Positions 38,774-48,735 are shown, counted from the first letter of the stretch. The stretch is 64,000 nucleotides of DNA from Eubacteriales bacterium (GCA_045631145.1 JAZQUE010000074.1:3065-67064); one strand, 5' to 3'. Notes: generated from the letters alone by a model not told the origin. Made by a program: numbers and translations.

Positions 38774-38941
38774 CAATTCTATAACAATGTTATAACGGTG
38801 TTATACGATGTTAATAACAACGGGATAACTATAAGAGAAGAGAATAGAAGAGAATAGAAGAAAAGAGAATATATATATATCGCTTAATAAATTAAGCTCG
38901 TATAAAATCGCCCCCTGTTCAGGGGCAAAAATCAAAAAACT

Positions 38942-39160
38942 ATGGCAAAAAAGAATTTCAAAATCAGAGCAAAGTTCGTATTTGACGGACAGGTAATCAT
39001 CAGGGCAAACAACAGACAGGAGGCGGAGGCGGCTGCAGAAAAATATATCGCCGCACACCTCGGGAACGTTCAGCCACTCGACGAGTGTATCAAGGATTGG
39101 GATTTCAGCTTGAAATCTTCGACAGTCGTAAACCGTAAGCGTGAGGAGGCAGGATTATGA
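38942..39160 (+). CDS. hypothetical small basic protein
   Basis: 72-aa ORF in plus-strand island. Confidence 0.5.
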   Translation: MAKKNFKIRAKFVFDGQVIIRANNRQEAEAAAEKYIAAHLGNVQPLDECIKDWDFSLKSSTVVNRKREEAGL

Positions 39161-39717
39161 CAACAGTAAGCAGCGAACAATACGAGAGCTTGAAAAAGAA
39201 GCTCCGCAAGTTACAGGCTCTTGCCGAACAGGGTTACAGGGGCGAGGCTGAAAACGCCCGCCGAGCAATCGAAAGAATCTGCGAACAGTACGGGTTGAAG
39301 ATTGAAGACATCTTGGATATCGAAACCAAACACCGATACACGTTCGAGATAGGACGGGCAAAGGAAATGATGAACTTGTTTATCCGCTGCCTGTCGGCGG
39401 TCTGTGATACAACCGATATGGGGTATTGGAAGCCTACACGGTCGTCGATAAAAGTTGAACTGACAGCCCTGCAATATGCCGAGGTTTCAAGCCTGTTCGG
39501 GTGGCATAAGGAGAACTACAAACGTGAGTTGGAGGAGTTCGAGCGGTCGTTTATGAGTGCGTACATCGGGAAACACAACCTGTATTTCGACGAAGAACGA
39601 AACTACAAAGGGGAAGACGAGGAACTGACAGAGGAAGACATAGCCCGCTTGCGTCGTGTATTGAAAATGCGTGAGGCTATGAGCGATAACACTTACCACA
39701 AACTGTTGGAGGCGTAA
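39157..39717 (+). CDS. DUF2786-like protein
   Basis: KLRKLQALAEQGYRGEAENARRAIERICEQYGL resembles the DUF2786 N-terminus. Confidence 0.6.
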   Translation: MTTVSSEQYESLKKKLRKLQALAEQGYRGEAENARRAIERICEQYGLKIEDILDIETKHRYTFEIGRAKEMMNLFIRCLSAVCDTTDMGYWKPTRSSIKVELTALQYAEVSSLFGWHKENYKRELEEFERSFMSAYIGKHNLYFDEERNYKGEDEELTEEDIARLRRVLKMREAMSDNTYHKLLEA

Positions 39718-39719
39718 CA

Positions 39720-39962
39720 ATGAAGAAAGAGCATATTTATCGGGTGGCTTTCAATGAGCCGCCCATTCAGGACGACGACCGCACGGAGTTTTTCTTTACC
39801 TCTCTGTCGGCGATATATGAGGAGTTCACGCCTGATCAGGTGGGCTGCAAGGTTACACGCCTTTGGAATATCGGCGTATCAGGTGGAACTCCCTACGAGG
39901 GGGCGAAATGTAAAATTACTCGTGAACCCCTACGGAGTAAGAGCCAAAATAAGCCGATTTGA
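39720..39962 (+). CDS. hypothetical small protein
   Basis: 80-aa ORF co-directional with island. Confidence 0.5.
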   Translation: MKKEHIYRVAFNEPPIQDDDRTEFFFTSLSAIYEEFTPDQVGCKVTRLWNIGVSGGTPYEGAKCKITREPLRSKSQNKPI

Positions 39963-40275
39963 GCCGTTTCGAGTGTTGGGATAATAAAACCCTCGCTCGA
40001 CGAAAGAAAAGGCGACAGCGGGGCTAAAACGGGGCGAATTTGGGGTGTTTGCGATTATATTGTAATCAGGTTTTCAGACCTACCTCGATTTTGCCCTGTT
40101 TCCGTTCGGCTTACAGAGGCGTTTCAGGAGGAACAGGCGACGACACGCAGAAACCGCCCAAATTCAGGCGAACGGGAGCGGGGATAATAACTTGCCCTAT
40201 GAAAACATTTGAAGCCGACAGACGGCGATTTCGAGAAAAATAACGTAATTTTGCAACATCAAAAGCAGCAAGAGT

Positions 40276-40497
40276 ATGACAAATGAAGAATTGCAGGAGA
40301 TTATGAACAACCCAAACGGTATATCTCCCGAAGATGTCGATAGAATTTGGGACGATTTGAAAGCCCGTGACGCTCGTCGTGAGGCAGAGTTCAACGCCTT
40401 GCCCGAGGAGGAAAGAAAACGCCTCGAAAGAGAGTTTTCCGACCCGTCGCTTGACAGGTTTATAGAAGACCCCTTGGGAGGCGATGATGAAGATTAA
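40276..40497 (+). CDS. hypothetical acidic protein
   Basis: 73-aa ORF preceded by TAATTTTG box (40246-40253). Confidence 0.5.
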   Translation: MTNEELQEIMNNPNGISPEDVDRIWDDLKARDARREAEFNALPEEERKRLEREFSDPSLDRFIEDPLGGDDED

Positions 40498-42245
40498 ATC
40501 TCTGTCAGGTAGAAAACATATCTACCGTCTTCAATTTCCAATTTATCAAATCTAAATTCGCAACCGCTATCAAACAGCACTTCACGTTGGTTGGACTTTC
40601 CTGTGAAGCGTCCTCCGAACTGTGAGAAATCCTCAATCGGGTGTCCTGACTTGCCTCGTATAACAAGCAGAACATCCGTTTCATTTTTCTTTGGCTTGCT
40701 GTTGGCACGGAAATCAATAGCAGCTTGACGATCTAAACTTGTTGATGTGAATCCCTTAAAAACGGCAGTTTCTTTTTTCCCTGCCAAAGATAGATATTCC
40801 CCTAAATTCGTCTTGTTCAAACGCACTTTCCTGTAAACCGTTTCAGTGGTTGTTTCCAATTTGGAAAGACCCTGTGACAAGAGCTGTGAAAATGCCTCGT
40901 TGAACTCCGATAGACTCCCTTTGCGGAGTTGATTGTTCAACTGACGGAACGCTGCACCCTCGCCCTTTGTGTAGTGGTAGATAGCAGCCTTTTCCGTGTT
41001 CGGGATTTCAGGATATTTTCTTTGTAGGAAAATGCCGAGGGATTCCTGCATAGCCTCGTTGGTTTTCCTTGCCCGTGTGAATTTTCGTTCGGCTTTCGTG
41101 TAGGTATCAACCTCGAACCCTCGGACGTACTGCGGGTTATGCCTGATGAAATACGGCATAGACGACCAACCCTTTGCCCGTTCTTTGTTGTCCTCTACCC
41201 AAGTATTGAACTGCTCGGGAACGTCGCCGACGGTGTTCACGCTCCGTGTACTGACGGGTTGCCCTGCCATAATACGCCTGTTGTCCTCCGCCATTTCTTC
41301 GGGCGTTTTCAGGATTGTTACGACGTGGCAGCGACAATGCGGGTGCCAACCTACGAACTTGAAATCTTTCGGGTATTTCCCTTTCAGAAAATCGCAAATG
41401 TCCTCAAACGGTACGCCGTTGAGCGTATGGTTGTTCGATAGGCGTATTTCAATGCCGACGACAAAATCAAGCTGCTGCCAACGGACATAATCAGCCGTGC
41501 GGTAAGCCATATTCGTTTCTGTCACAGCGAGGCGGCGGGCGTTTTTGTAGCTGCTTCGGTACACTCCCTGCCCTGGGTGGAAAGCCTGTGCCGCCTTTGA
41601 AAGTTGCAGAACACCGTGCTCATCACGGACACGTCGAAACAGTTTGTCAGGGTAACGGAGGTATTGTCGAAGCTCTCGGCTCAATTCATCAGCCGACAAC
41701 CCGTCACGCAGCCCGATGTCAATACCCATTTCGATTTCAGACTTGAACTGTTCCGTGTACCGCCACACCCTGTCGGAAAGGTTCATTCCTGCCGTCTTTC
41801 TCTCGACGAAAGCCTGTCGGGCTGTGTCGTTGGAGCTGTAATACTTTCTGCTCTGTTCTTCCGTCAGGTTCTCGGCATTGTCCCCGAAAACTTGGTTTGC
41901 GAGTTCGCTGTTCTTGTTGTTCGCCAACGTCCACTCACTTTCAATGCCGTTCACGATAACCGCTGTAAGGTTGTTTTTCAGCCCCGACAACAGCTTTTCA
42001 ACTCTTTTCCGTGTAACAGGATAGTCAGCGAATGAAAACGGCTTGTCGGGCTTGACAACGCCCGCAGACGAAGCGACAGCAGCAGCCTCACGGGCAGCGG
42101 ATTGAAATATCTTATCAATCTGCCGCTCGTATGAAGTCACGTTCTGTTGATGTCGTTTTTCCCATTTATCCAATCGTGCCATTGTCTGTACGCTGTTTGA
42201 AATGTTCGCACTGTGGGTCTGACAGGAACTTGCACCACCTGCCAA
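40494..42245 (-). CDS. minor head protein (Mu F / SPP1 gp7-like) with C-terminal ADP-ribosyltransferase-like domain
   Basis: GWHPHCRCHVVTIL (head morphogenesis) plus C-terminal ETVYRKVRL...KGFTSTSLDRQAAIDF...SNQREVLFDSGCEFR (R / STS / QxE pattern). Confidence 0.75.
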   Translation of the reverse strand: MAGGASSCQTHSANISNSVQTMARLDKWEKRHQQNVTSYERQIDKIFQSAAREAAAVASSAGVVKPDKPFSFADYPVTRKRVEKLLSGLKNNLTAVIVNGIESEWTLANNKNSELANQVFGDNAENLTEEQSRKYYSSNDTARQAFVERKTAGMNLSDRVWRYTEQFKSEIEMGIDIGLRDGLSADELSRELRQYLRYPDKLFRRVRDEHGVLQLSKAAQAFHPGQGVYRSSYKNARRLAVTETNMAYRTADYVRWQQLDFVVGIEIRLSNNHTLNGVPFEDICDFLKGKYPKDFKFVGWHPHCRCHVVTILKTPEEMAEDNRRIMAGQPVSTRSVNTVGDVPEQFNTWVEDNKERAKGWSSMPYFIRHNPQYVRGFEVDTYTKAERKFTRARKTNEAMQESLGIFLQRKYPEIPNTEKAAIYHYTKGEGAAFRQLNNQLRKGSLSEFNEAFSQLLSQGLSKLETTTETVYRKVRLNKTNLGEYLSLAGKKETAVFKGFTSTSLDRQAAIDFRANSKPKKNETDVLLVIRGKSGHPIEDFSQFGGRFTGKSNQREVLFDSGCEFRFDKLEIEDGRYVFYLTEI

Positions 42246-42390
42246 ACTCGGTTTTCTCGTCGAGCTTGCAACGGCAAAGTATCAGATGTCCGTCGAGGGC
42301 TTTACTGTGCCAATCATAGCTGTTAGCACAATCCCTACACCTGAACTTCGGCTGCTCCGCCTGTTTCCTGTTCTGAACCCTCTTTGCCAT
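42166..42390 (-). CDS. small Cys-rich (zinc-finger-like) protein
   Basis: FRCRDCANSYDWHSKA...LILCRCKL...PQCEHF. Confidence 0.5.
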   Translation of the reverse strand: MAKRVQNRKQAEQPKFRCRDCANSYDWHSKALDGHLILCRCKLDEKTEFGRWCKFLSDPQCEHFKQRTDNGTIG

Positions 42391-42393
42391 ACG

Positions 42394-43788
42394 TTACTCG
42401 GTTAGGTTAAAACTGTCCTGCATACTTTCCTCGGCGATTTCTTTCATCGTCTGATCTACGTCGCTGCTGTGTCCGTATTCCTCGATACTTTCACGCTGCG
42501 ACATAATCGGCTTGCCTCCGTTGGCTGTTACGAGGTTCGTGATAGTGTCTTTCTCGTCCGTGATTGTGAACGGGGTGATAACGGTCTTTACAGACAGTGC
42601 GTCAATGTCAGCGTGGTAGGCTTCTCCGAGCATAACTTTTGCGAACGCCTTGATAACGTTCGTTTCACGGTCGAACATTTCCAACAGGCGACCGCTTTCG
42701 TCCTTGACTTTCATCTGTGCGTCAATGAAAAGCTGCTTGCGGCTCTCACCCGATAGGGCTTGCTGCGACATTTTCTCATACGACCAATCAGGAAGCTGCA
42801 GGAGGGTAAAGAACAGGGTACGCAATTCCCCGACATAGTATTTCAGGTTCTCGACAGCCTGTTGCCAAGTGATGTACTGTGCTGTACTGCCTTTCGGATA
42901 TTGCATAACAGCCTTGAACTCCTTGTTAGGCGATTTCTCGTCGCCGTAGCTTATCGCTTCATCAGCGAACACGACGAAAAGCGGCTTGGAGTTTTCACGC
43001 AGGTAGTTTCCGTCACGGCTCAACGCCCACTCAATCTCATAGACGATATTCGAGTTGTCCTCCCAAATCGGTGTCGGGCGGTAGGCATAGACAGCGGGGA
43101 TTTTGCCGATAACAGTAATGTCCTCATTCTCGACTTCCTCCCAATCTCCGTTGGCGTTGCTCCATTTGATATGCTTGTTTGACGTGTAGGTGTCGAAATA
43201 CTGAATGAGCTTCTTTCCACTCTTACGGCTGTACCCGATAGACATTGCAATCATATCGCCGTACTCGTCAAACAACGGGTACAGGTCGTCGCCTAACATC
43301 GGGGTAAAGTTCCTGCAACGGAGCTTCAACAAAGACTTCTTGCCGTCGTACAGGGTGTTTTCCTGTTCAACAGCATACCACAGTGTCAGCACCTCACAAC
43401 CCGCAAAGAGCATATTCAGACGGTCGGTATTTACGCTGTCAATGCGGTTTTTCTCATAGATAGCCTCAATGAAAGCGGCAATGTCCTTTTGCTTGTCGTT
43501 CTGTGGCTTGTACACTCGCTTGATAGGAATGCCACAGACAAGCTCCGTCATACGCTTTGTGGCGAGGCGTTGCAGGTCACAGGTTACACGGGTTACAGGC
43601 TGTATGCCGTCCTCCGTTACGATGTCAGGGTACTTCGCTTTGCTCATTACAGGGTGTTTCTTGGGGTCGAACTCCTGCGACAAGCCGTTACGTCCCGACC
43701 AAATGGGGACGATGATTGCTTTTTCTTTCAACGCCGCAATGATGTTGGCAGCGTTATTTCCCGAGTTGAGAATTTCTTCGATTGTCAT
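42394..43788 (-). CDS. portal protein
   Basis: 464 aa between TerL and minor head genes; SPP1-portal-like features. Confidence 0.75.
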   Translation of the reverse strand: MTIEEILNSGNNAANIIAALKEKAIIVPIWSGRNGLSQEFDPKKHPVMSKAKYPDIVTEDGIQPVTRVTCDLQRLATKRMTELVCGIPIKRVYKPQNDKQKDIAAFIEAIYEKNRIDSVNTDRLNMLFAGCEVLTLWYAVEQENTLYDGKKSLLKLRCRNFTPMLGDDLYPLFDEYGDMIAMSIGYSRKSGKKLIQYFDTYTSNKHIKWSNANGDWEEVENEDITVIGKIPAVYAYRPTPIWEDNSNIVYEIEWALSRDGNYLRENSKPLFVVFADEAISYGDEKSPNKEFKAVMQYPKGSTAQYITWQQAVENLKYYVGELRTLFFTLLQLPDWSYEKMSQQALSGESRKQLFIDAQMKVKDESGRLLEMFDRETNVIKAFAKVMLGEAYHADIDALSVKTVITPFTITDEKDTITNLVTANGGKPIMSQRESIEEYGHSSDVDQTMKEIAEESMQDSFNLTE

Positions 43789-43806
43789 ACTGATATGAAT
43801 TATTGA

Positions 43807-45381
43807 TTAGCGTCTTACAATTCTTGCCAAACGGTTTATGTCAATTGCCTTGCGGCTGTTTATCGGATAGAACGTGTTGGCGAGTGCGTCGAACTTGTCA
43901 GGCGAACGTCCGAGGCGTTCCTTGATGTCTTCCTTTGGCTCGATGATTATCTTTCCGTCAGAGCGGAACGACCAACGTATCTCGGTTGCTTCCTCGTCGA
44001 ACTTATCGTCAGGCGGCAACATAGCCCCTGTTTCGTTTTTCGGGTTCAGCCAATCACGGATAGCCCAAAAGAGCCAAGCTCGCATATTCACGAACCCGTA
44101 CTGCCCTGTAATATCCGTCATATCCTTGCCGCTCGCCGTCTTTGCCGCTTCACTGTATTTGCAGCTGATGATATGGGCTTCTCCGTCAAGCTCCACACAA
44201 CGGCTGTAAACTCCTGCACCCTCGCCAATGGTATCAATGCTCACGAACAGGTCAGGCTCGTGTCGGCGGGCTGATATAATCTGTCCCGCAACCGCCATGT
44301 GGTCAGCAGAACCGCCCGAGTTGTGCGTCTTGAACTCGCCAACCCAATTGCCTTTCCTTTCAACGAAACAGGTACAGTCACGTCCCATACCCGCCACATC
44401 GACACCAAGAATTCGAGCGTCCTGTCCGAGAGGTTCCCGCCCGTGTGCCATTCTCCAACGCTCGTGTGCGAGGTCGAGCCACTGTTGCGGAATAAGAACA
44501 TCGTCGCCGACTTTCGGAAACTTACCGAGAACCTTTTTGCGGAACAGGTCTTCGGGTCTGTACCAACGCCCCTCAAACTGAAAGTCGTCGAACTCCTCTC
44601 TGACCTCCGCTTCGGTTATCGGCGTACACCATTGTTCGAGCTTGTCAGCCACCCACTCATAGTCCACCTGACCTGGGATTATGATACGTTTTTCAAGCAC
44701 ATTCGGGGCTGTCAGGCTATTTAGACGGAACTTTGCCCAACGGTCGCCCTTTTGGCTCTTGGCTGCATATCCGACAGGGGTGTTCGGGTTGAACACGAGA
44801 AGAATACGGCTGTCGCCTTGCAGGTTACCCTCAATAGCGGCAAAGGTGTCGTCGCTGACACCCGAAGCCTCGGTAACGACAAACATTGTGTGGACGGCGT
44901 GGAAACCTGACCACGCTTCGTGGTTATGCTCGTCCGCCTTGAAACCTGTCAAGAACCACTCCTCGTTGTCCGTTCTGATGTCGTAGGTGTTGAGCCGTCC
45001 TGTAAGTTGTATGCCACGAGCCTTTGCCCTGTTATACAGGCGGCTGATTTCGGGCATCATAATGTTCTTTACCTGACGGTCTGTCGGGGCTGTTAGGGCT
45101 ACTTTCGTGTTCTCTATCAGTTCCCTGTTCCTGTTCCAACGGGGTGTGAGGTAGAGGAATGAAACGGCAGCACAAGCGGCTACGAAGTCCTTACCTCGGG
45201 CTGTGCCTGACGCAACAGATGTACGGGGATTGAACTGTACGGAGGACAGGATTTCCTGCTGCTCACGGTCGAGCGTAACGCCGAGAGCGTCACGGACGAA
45301 CCTGTTCCAATCAGCCCGCCAAGAGTTCATCAGGGCTATTCCCCGCTTACGCATTATTTCATCACTCAACCTGTTAGCCAT
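43807..45381 (-). CDS. terminase large subunit
   Basis: VASGTARGKDFVAACAAVSFLYLTPRWNR, FVVTEASGV, ILGVDVAGMGRDCTCFV nuclease motif. Confidence 0.88.
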   Translation of the reverse strand: MANRLSDEIMRKRGIALMNSWRADWNRFVRDALGVTLDREQQEILSSVQFNPRTSVASGTARGKDFVAACAAVSFLYLTPRWNRNRELIENTKVALTAPTDRQVKNIMMPEISRLYNRAKARGIQLTGRLNTYDIRTDNEEWFLTGFKADEHNHEAWSGFHAVHTMFVVTEASGVSDDTFAAIEGNLQGDSRILLVFNPNTPVGYAAKSQKGDRWAKFRLNSLTAPNVLEKRIIIPGQVDYEWVADKLEQWCTPITEAEVREEFDDFQFEGRWYRPEDLFRKKVLGKFPKVGDDVLIPQQWLDLAHERWRMAHGREPLGQDARILGVDVAGMGRDCTCFVERKGNWVGEFKTHNSGGSADHMAVAGQIISARRHEPDLFVSIDTIGEGAGVYSRCVELDGEAHIISCKYSEAAKTASGKDMTDITGQYGFVNMRAWLFWAIRDWLNPKNETGAMLPPDDKFDEEATEIRWSFRSDGKIIIEPKEDIKERLGRSPDKFDALANTFYPINSRKAIDINRLARIVRR

Positions 45382-45949
45382 TTATCTGTTCCTCCGCTTC
45401 GTCTATCATTCCACTTTCAACGAGCAACGCCGCAAAGGACAGGTCGCCCGAAATGTCTTTCTTTTCAGGAGCGTACAAGCCGAGGAGCTTGCGGCGTTCC
45501 ATAAGCTGCTGTCGGATTTCGGCGATGTACTGCGGGTTGCCAAGTCCGACAACCGTTGCCGTGCGTCTTTCAACGCTGTACGTCTTGATATTTTCCTCGC
45601 CTGTTTCCTTGTTTCGAGAGGGTGCGCCCTTGCTCGTGTTCGTGGTCTTGTTGTAGTCCTCTTTTGATTTCTCCCACTGTGCCCACAACTCACGACAGGT
45701 GTCGTCGATACGTTCAAGCTCCAATTGGAGGGCGGCGTCCATATCCTCGATACGGTTCTCTCGCCACTCCTCCAACAGGGTTTTGATGTCTTTCTGAACT
45801 GTGCCCAACGAATAGCTGTCAAGAGCGAGGCGTTTCATTACCTCCTCCCTGATCTGTCGGCAGGAGTAACCACGCTTGTAGAGTTTTGACACGATTTCCA
45901 TTCGTGCCTGTTTCTCCTGATTACGCTTCTTTTGTTGTGCTTTGCTCAT
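45374..45949 (-). CDS. terminase small subunit-like
   Basis: HTH (YKRGYSCRQIREEVMKRL) protein overlapping TerL start. Confidence 0.65.
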   Translation of the reverse strand: MSKAQQKKRNQEKQARMEIVSKLYKRGYSCRQIREEVMKRLALDSYSLGTVQKDIKTLLEEWRENRIEDMDAALQLELERIDDTCRELWAQWEKSKEDYNKTTNTSKGAPSRNKETGEENIKTYSVERRTATVVGLGNPQYIAEIRQQLMERRKLLGLYAPEKKDISGDLSFAALLVESGMIDEAEEQING

Positions 45950-45951
45950 AG

Positions 45952-46230
45952 TTACAGGTCTTTTGTCAATTCAATGAATTTCGTAAAGAAATCAGGGTTG
46001 CAGCTTGACAGCTCAATGTAGGTTTTGCCGAACTCGGGGAACGTGTGTACGGCGAAATGGCTCTCTGTGAGCAGCCACAACGCTGTATATCCCTGCGGCG
46101 TAAAATGGTGGTCTGTGAAGCACAGGATATTGAACCCCGACTTTTTCAGGGCTTCATCAAATATCTCCCGTATCTTCTGTGGATTCGTTTCCTGTATCCA
46201 CTTTGAATCGTTCCAAATCTTCGCTTGCAT
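45952..46230 (-). CDS. short AdoMet decarboxylase (SpeD/SpeH)-like protein
   Basis: FTPQGYTALWLLTESHFAVHTFPEFGKTYIELSSC aligns to SpeH [30 protein letters not shown] with Ser, His (+5) and Cys (+15) spacing kept. Confidence 0.75.
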   Translation of the reverse strand: MQAKIWNDSKWIQETNPQKIREIFDEALKKSGFNILCFTDHHFTPQGYTALWLLTESHFAVHTFPEFGKTYIELSSCNPDFFTKFIELTKDL

Positions 46231-47719
46231 ATTCTATCTTCTTGAAGTTGTTCTTGATTTCCTTTGTCTTGCCCTTGTAGAACACGAGGATATTTTGGTG
46301 CATCTTTGCAACCTTTCGGCTCTCCATATATCGACCTGCTCGCAGGGCTGTACTTGCCCCCGTTTCAACGAGGATAATTTCATTGTAGAGAGGCATTCCC
46401 GCTTCCTTGAAAATGCGTTTGATATCGCCGCAGAAGTCGTAATAGAAGCCTGTTGATTTATCTCTTACATCGCCTACGACGATAACCGCAAAACGGTTTT
46501 CTTTCAGACAGCCGACAGCCGCCTTGAAAGCGTTCTCCAATATCTTGATGAAATCCTCGTAGCTATCCTGATTGCTTGCGTCGTTCTCGAGGTCGCTGTA
46601 TTTCTCGAGGTCGAAATAAGGCGGGCAGCTGAACAGGAGGTCTTGGCTGTCAGGGGCGATATGTTGTGCGACGTTCTGACCGTCGTCGTTGATGTATCGG
46701 GCTGTCATTCCCTCCACACGTTCGTTATTGAGGCGAGCCTGTTCAGGACGAAGCTCAATGCCGACGAACTCATTTCCGAGGTGTGCAGAAACGTAACCGA
46801 AGACGCTATCTCCTGCGAAGCAGTCAAACGTCTTGCAGTTGTCCTGTCCGAACCAACGGCAGACGATTTCAGCCATAACAGGGTCGAGCAGGGAAACGCC
46901 CGCCGACAGAACCTTGCTTGCTTCACGTTCTTTCACGTCGTCGGGAACATACTTGTCGAGGTATTCCTTGAACGTGATACCCAATTCCTCACGGTGCTGT
47001 CGTGTACGCTGATACAGGTCTTTGTACTTGATTTCGGGCGAGGTTATGAGGGTGTCGTTACGGCTCTCTCCATTGTCGCCGATAAGCTCACGCCATTTCT
47101 TTTTCCGTTCCTGCCAATATCCCTTTCGGGTGTCGAGGATTGAGAAAGGAGGGACTATAAATCGGTCGTTCAGGGAAGCGTTGGCGGGCTTACTGTTGGT
47201 TGCTCCGCTTGACTCTCCGTTCTCCCATTCCTTGTTTTGCCACACGTCAAGTCCCCAATCGTCGAGTTCTTCTGCGTCCCACTCGTTGGCGAGTGCGTCC
47301 ATATCCCATTCTCCATATCCGACGTTATCCTTGATGATGAACTCCCGCTGTTCCTCCTCGGACAGTTCCGTCGCCTTGATGATATGAGCTGTCGGCTTGT
47401 CTTTCCAACGCTGCCAATACTCAATGAGGTTGTCCTGTTCGGCTGCTGTCTTCTTCTGAAAATCCCTTGCTTCTGACAGGCGGGATTTCAGCTCTGCCTC
47501 GTCCATATCGGAAATGGCTGTCAATGCCCTGTAACGCATATTGCCGCCGAGAGCTACAAAGGTGTTATCAACGACAATAGGGCGGAGTTCCAACATCTTC
47601 GGAAGCACGAGGATTGAACAGATAAGCTTCTCAAACTTGTCGTCCTTGATGATACGGGGGTTCGCCCCGTTTACCTGTATCTGCGACAGGTTTACGATTT
47701 CTGTTTTCATTGTTCCCAA
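46157..47719 (-). CDS. ParB-like nuclease domain + DNA methyltransferase
   Basis: N-terminal VNGANPRIIKDDKFEKL...LRPIVVDNTFVALGGNMRYRAL; C-terminal DCFAGDSVFGYVS..FVGIELRPEQ and DLLFSCPPYFDLEKYSD (S/D-PPY). Confidence 0.88.
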   Translation of the reverse strand: MGTMKTEIVNLSQIQVNGANPRIIKDDKFEKLICSILVLPKMLELRPIVVDNTFVALGGNMRYRALTAISDMDEAELKSRLSEARDFQKKTAAEQDNLIEYWQRWKDKPTAHIIKATELSEEEQREFIIKDNVGYGEWDMDALANEWDAEELDDWGLDVWQNKEWENGESSGATNSKPANASLNDRFIVPPFSILDTRKGYWQERKKKWRELIGDNGESRNDTLITSPEIKYKDLYQRTRQHREELGITFKEYLDKYVPDDVKEREASKVLSAGVSLLDPVMAEIVCRWFGQDNCKTFDCFAGDSVFGYVSAHLGNEFVGIELRPEQARLNNERVEGMTARYINDDGQNVAQHIAPDSQDLLFSCPPYFDLEKYSDLENDASNQDSYEDFIKILENAFKAAVGCLKENRFAVIVVGDVRDKSTGFYYDFCGDIKRIFKEAGMPLYNEIILVETGASTALRAGRYMESRKVAKMHQNILVFYKGKTKEIKNNFKKIEYASEDLERFKVDTGNESTEDTGDI

Positions 47720-48735
47720 ACTTTATCCTGTTGATACTCTCCGAACAGTCCCCAACGACACATTGAAGCATAAATCGGGGTGTCGAGCTTAAATTTGCGG
47801 CGAAGTTCTGCAGGGCTGAACATTGTCGTTCCCTCCTCGATGACGTTGCCCGCACAGTCCTGTATGCATATATCGACCTCCTGTTTGCCTATGCAGCAAG
47901 CGAGGCTGACATACACGTCGCATTCGTGTTCTTCGGCATAACTCTTGGCAAGGGAACGGGCTGCAAGGTTCAGCGTGAGGTCTGCTTTGCTTGCGTCTTT
48001 CGTCCAAGGGCTACCGCCGCCGAGCTTGCAGTTTCCGCCGTAGAAGTCCACAGCGAGTTTTCGCCCTGTTGTACCACAATCCGCACGGCTGCTGTGCTGA
48101 ACGTAACGTCCTGTGCCGTTCACGATAAGTTCGTATTTTCCTGCCACCTTTGAACGGACAAAATCCTCGACGGTCTTTGTGTCCTGTTCGGGTAACAGGG
48201 GGATAGCAACGATAATTTTTGTAATAACATCGTTATCGGTTACTACCTGCGTCTTAATGTCAAGTCCACCGATACCGCTGTCGAAAAGCTCCTTACACAG
48301 ACGTTTGGCTACGGCGTGGTCGATAGGCATATAACAGTCCGACGGTCGCCATTCAGCCATACCGAAGAAAATGCCTTGGTCGCCCCAACCCGAAAGCCCC
48401 TGTGCGATGTCGGGGGACTGTTGGCTGATAAGCGACGTTACCTCCAACAGGTCTCCGCAAATGGTATTCTCTGCTCCCCATTTGTGCAGATAGTCCATTG
48501 TGTAGCCGATTTCGTTTACTGCCGCACGGACGTGCTGTCTTATCTCCGACGGGCTGAACTTACACTTGGACGATACCTCGCCGCCGAGCGTAACTTGGTA
48601 GTCCTTGATTTGTACCTCGACAGCGTAACGGGTGTCGGGGTCTTGCTCGATGTAGCGGTCTAACAGATACTGACTGATGTAGTCGGCAATCTTGTCAGGG
48701 TGTCCGAGCGATACGTACTCTGAAAATTTTATCAT
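47707..48735 (-). CDS. metK: S-adenosylmethionine synthetase, phage-encoded divergent MetK
   Basis: SLGHPDKIADYISQYLLD, GWGDQGIFFGMA, RADCGTTGRKLAVDFYGGNCKLGGGSPWTKDASKAD. Confidence 0.88.
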   Translation of the reverse strand: MIKFSEYVSLGHPDKIADYISQYLLDRYIEQDPDTRYAVEVQIKDYQVTLGGEVSSKCKFSPSEIRQHVRAAVNEIGYTMDYLHKWGAENTICGDLLEVTSLISQQSPDIAQGLSGWGDQGIFFGMAEWRPSDCYMPIDHAVAKRLCKELFDSGIGGLDIKTQVVTDNDVITKIIVAIPLLPEQDTKTVEDFVRSKVAGKYELIVNGTGRYVQHSSRADCGTTGRKLAVDFYGGNCKLGGGSPWTKDASKADLTLNLAARSLAKSYAEEHECDVYVSLACCIGKQEVDICIQDCAGNVIEEGTTMFSPAELRRKFKLDTPIYASMCRWGLFGEYQQDKVWEQ

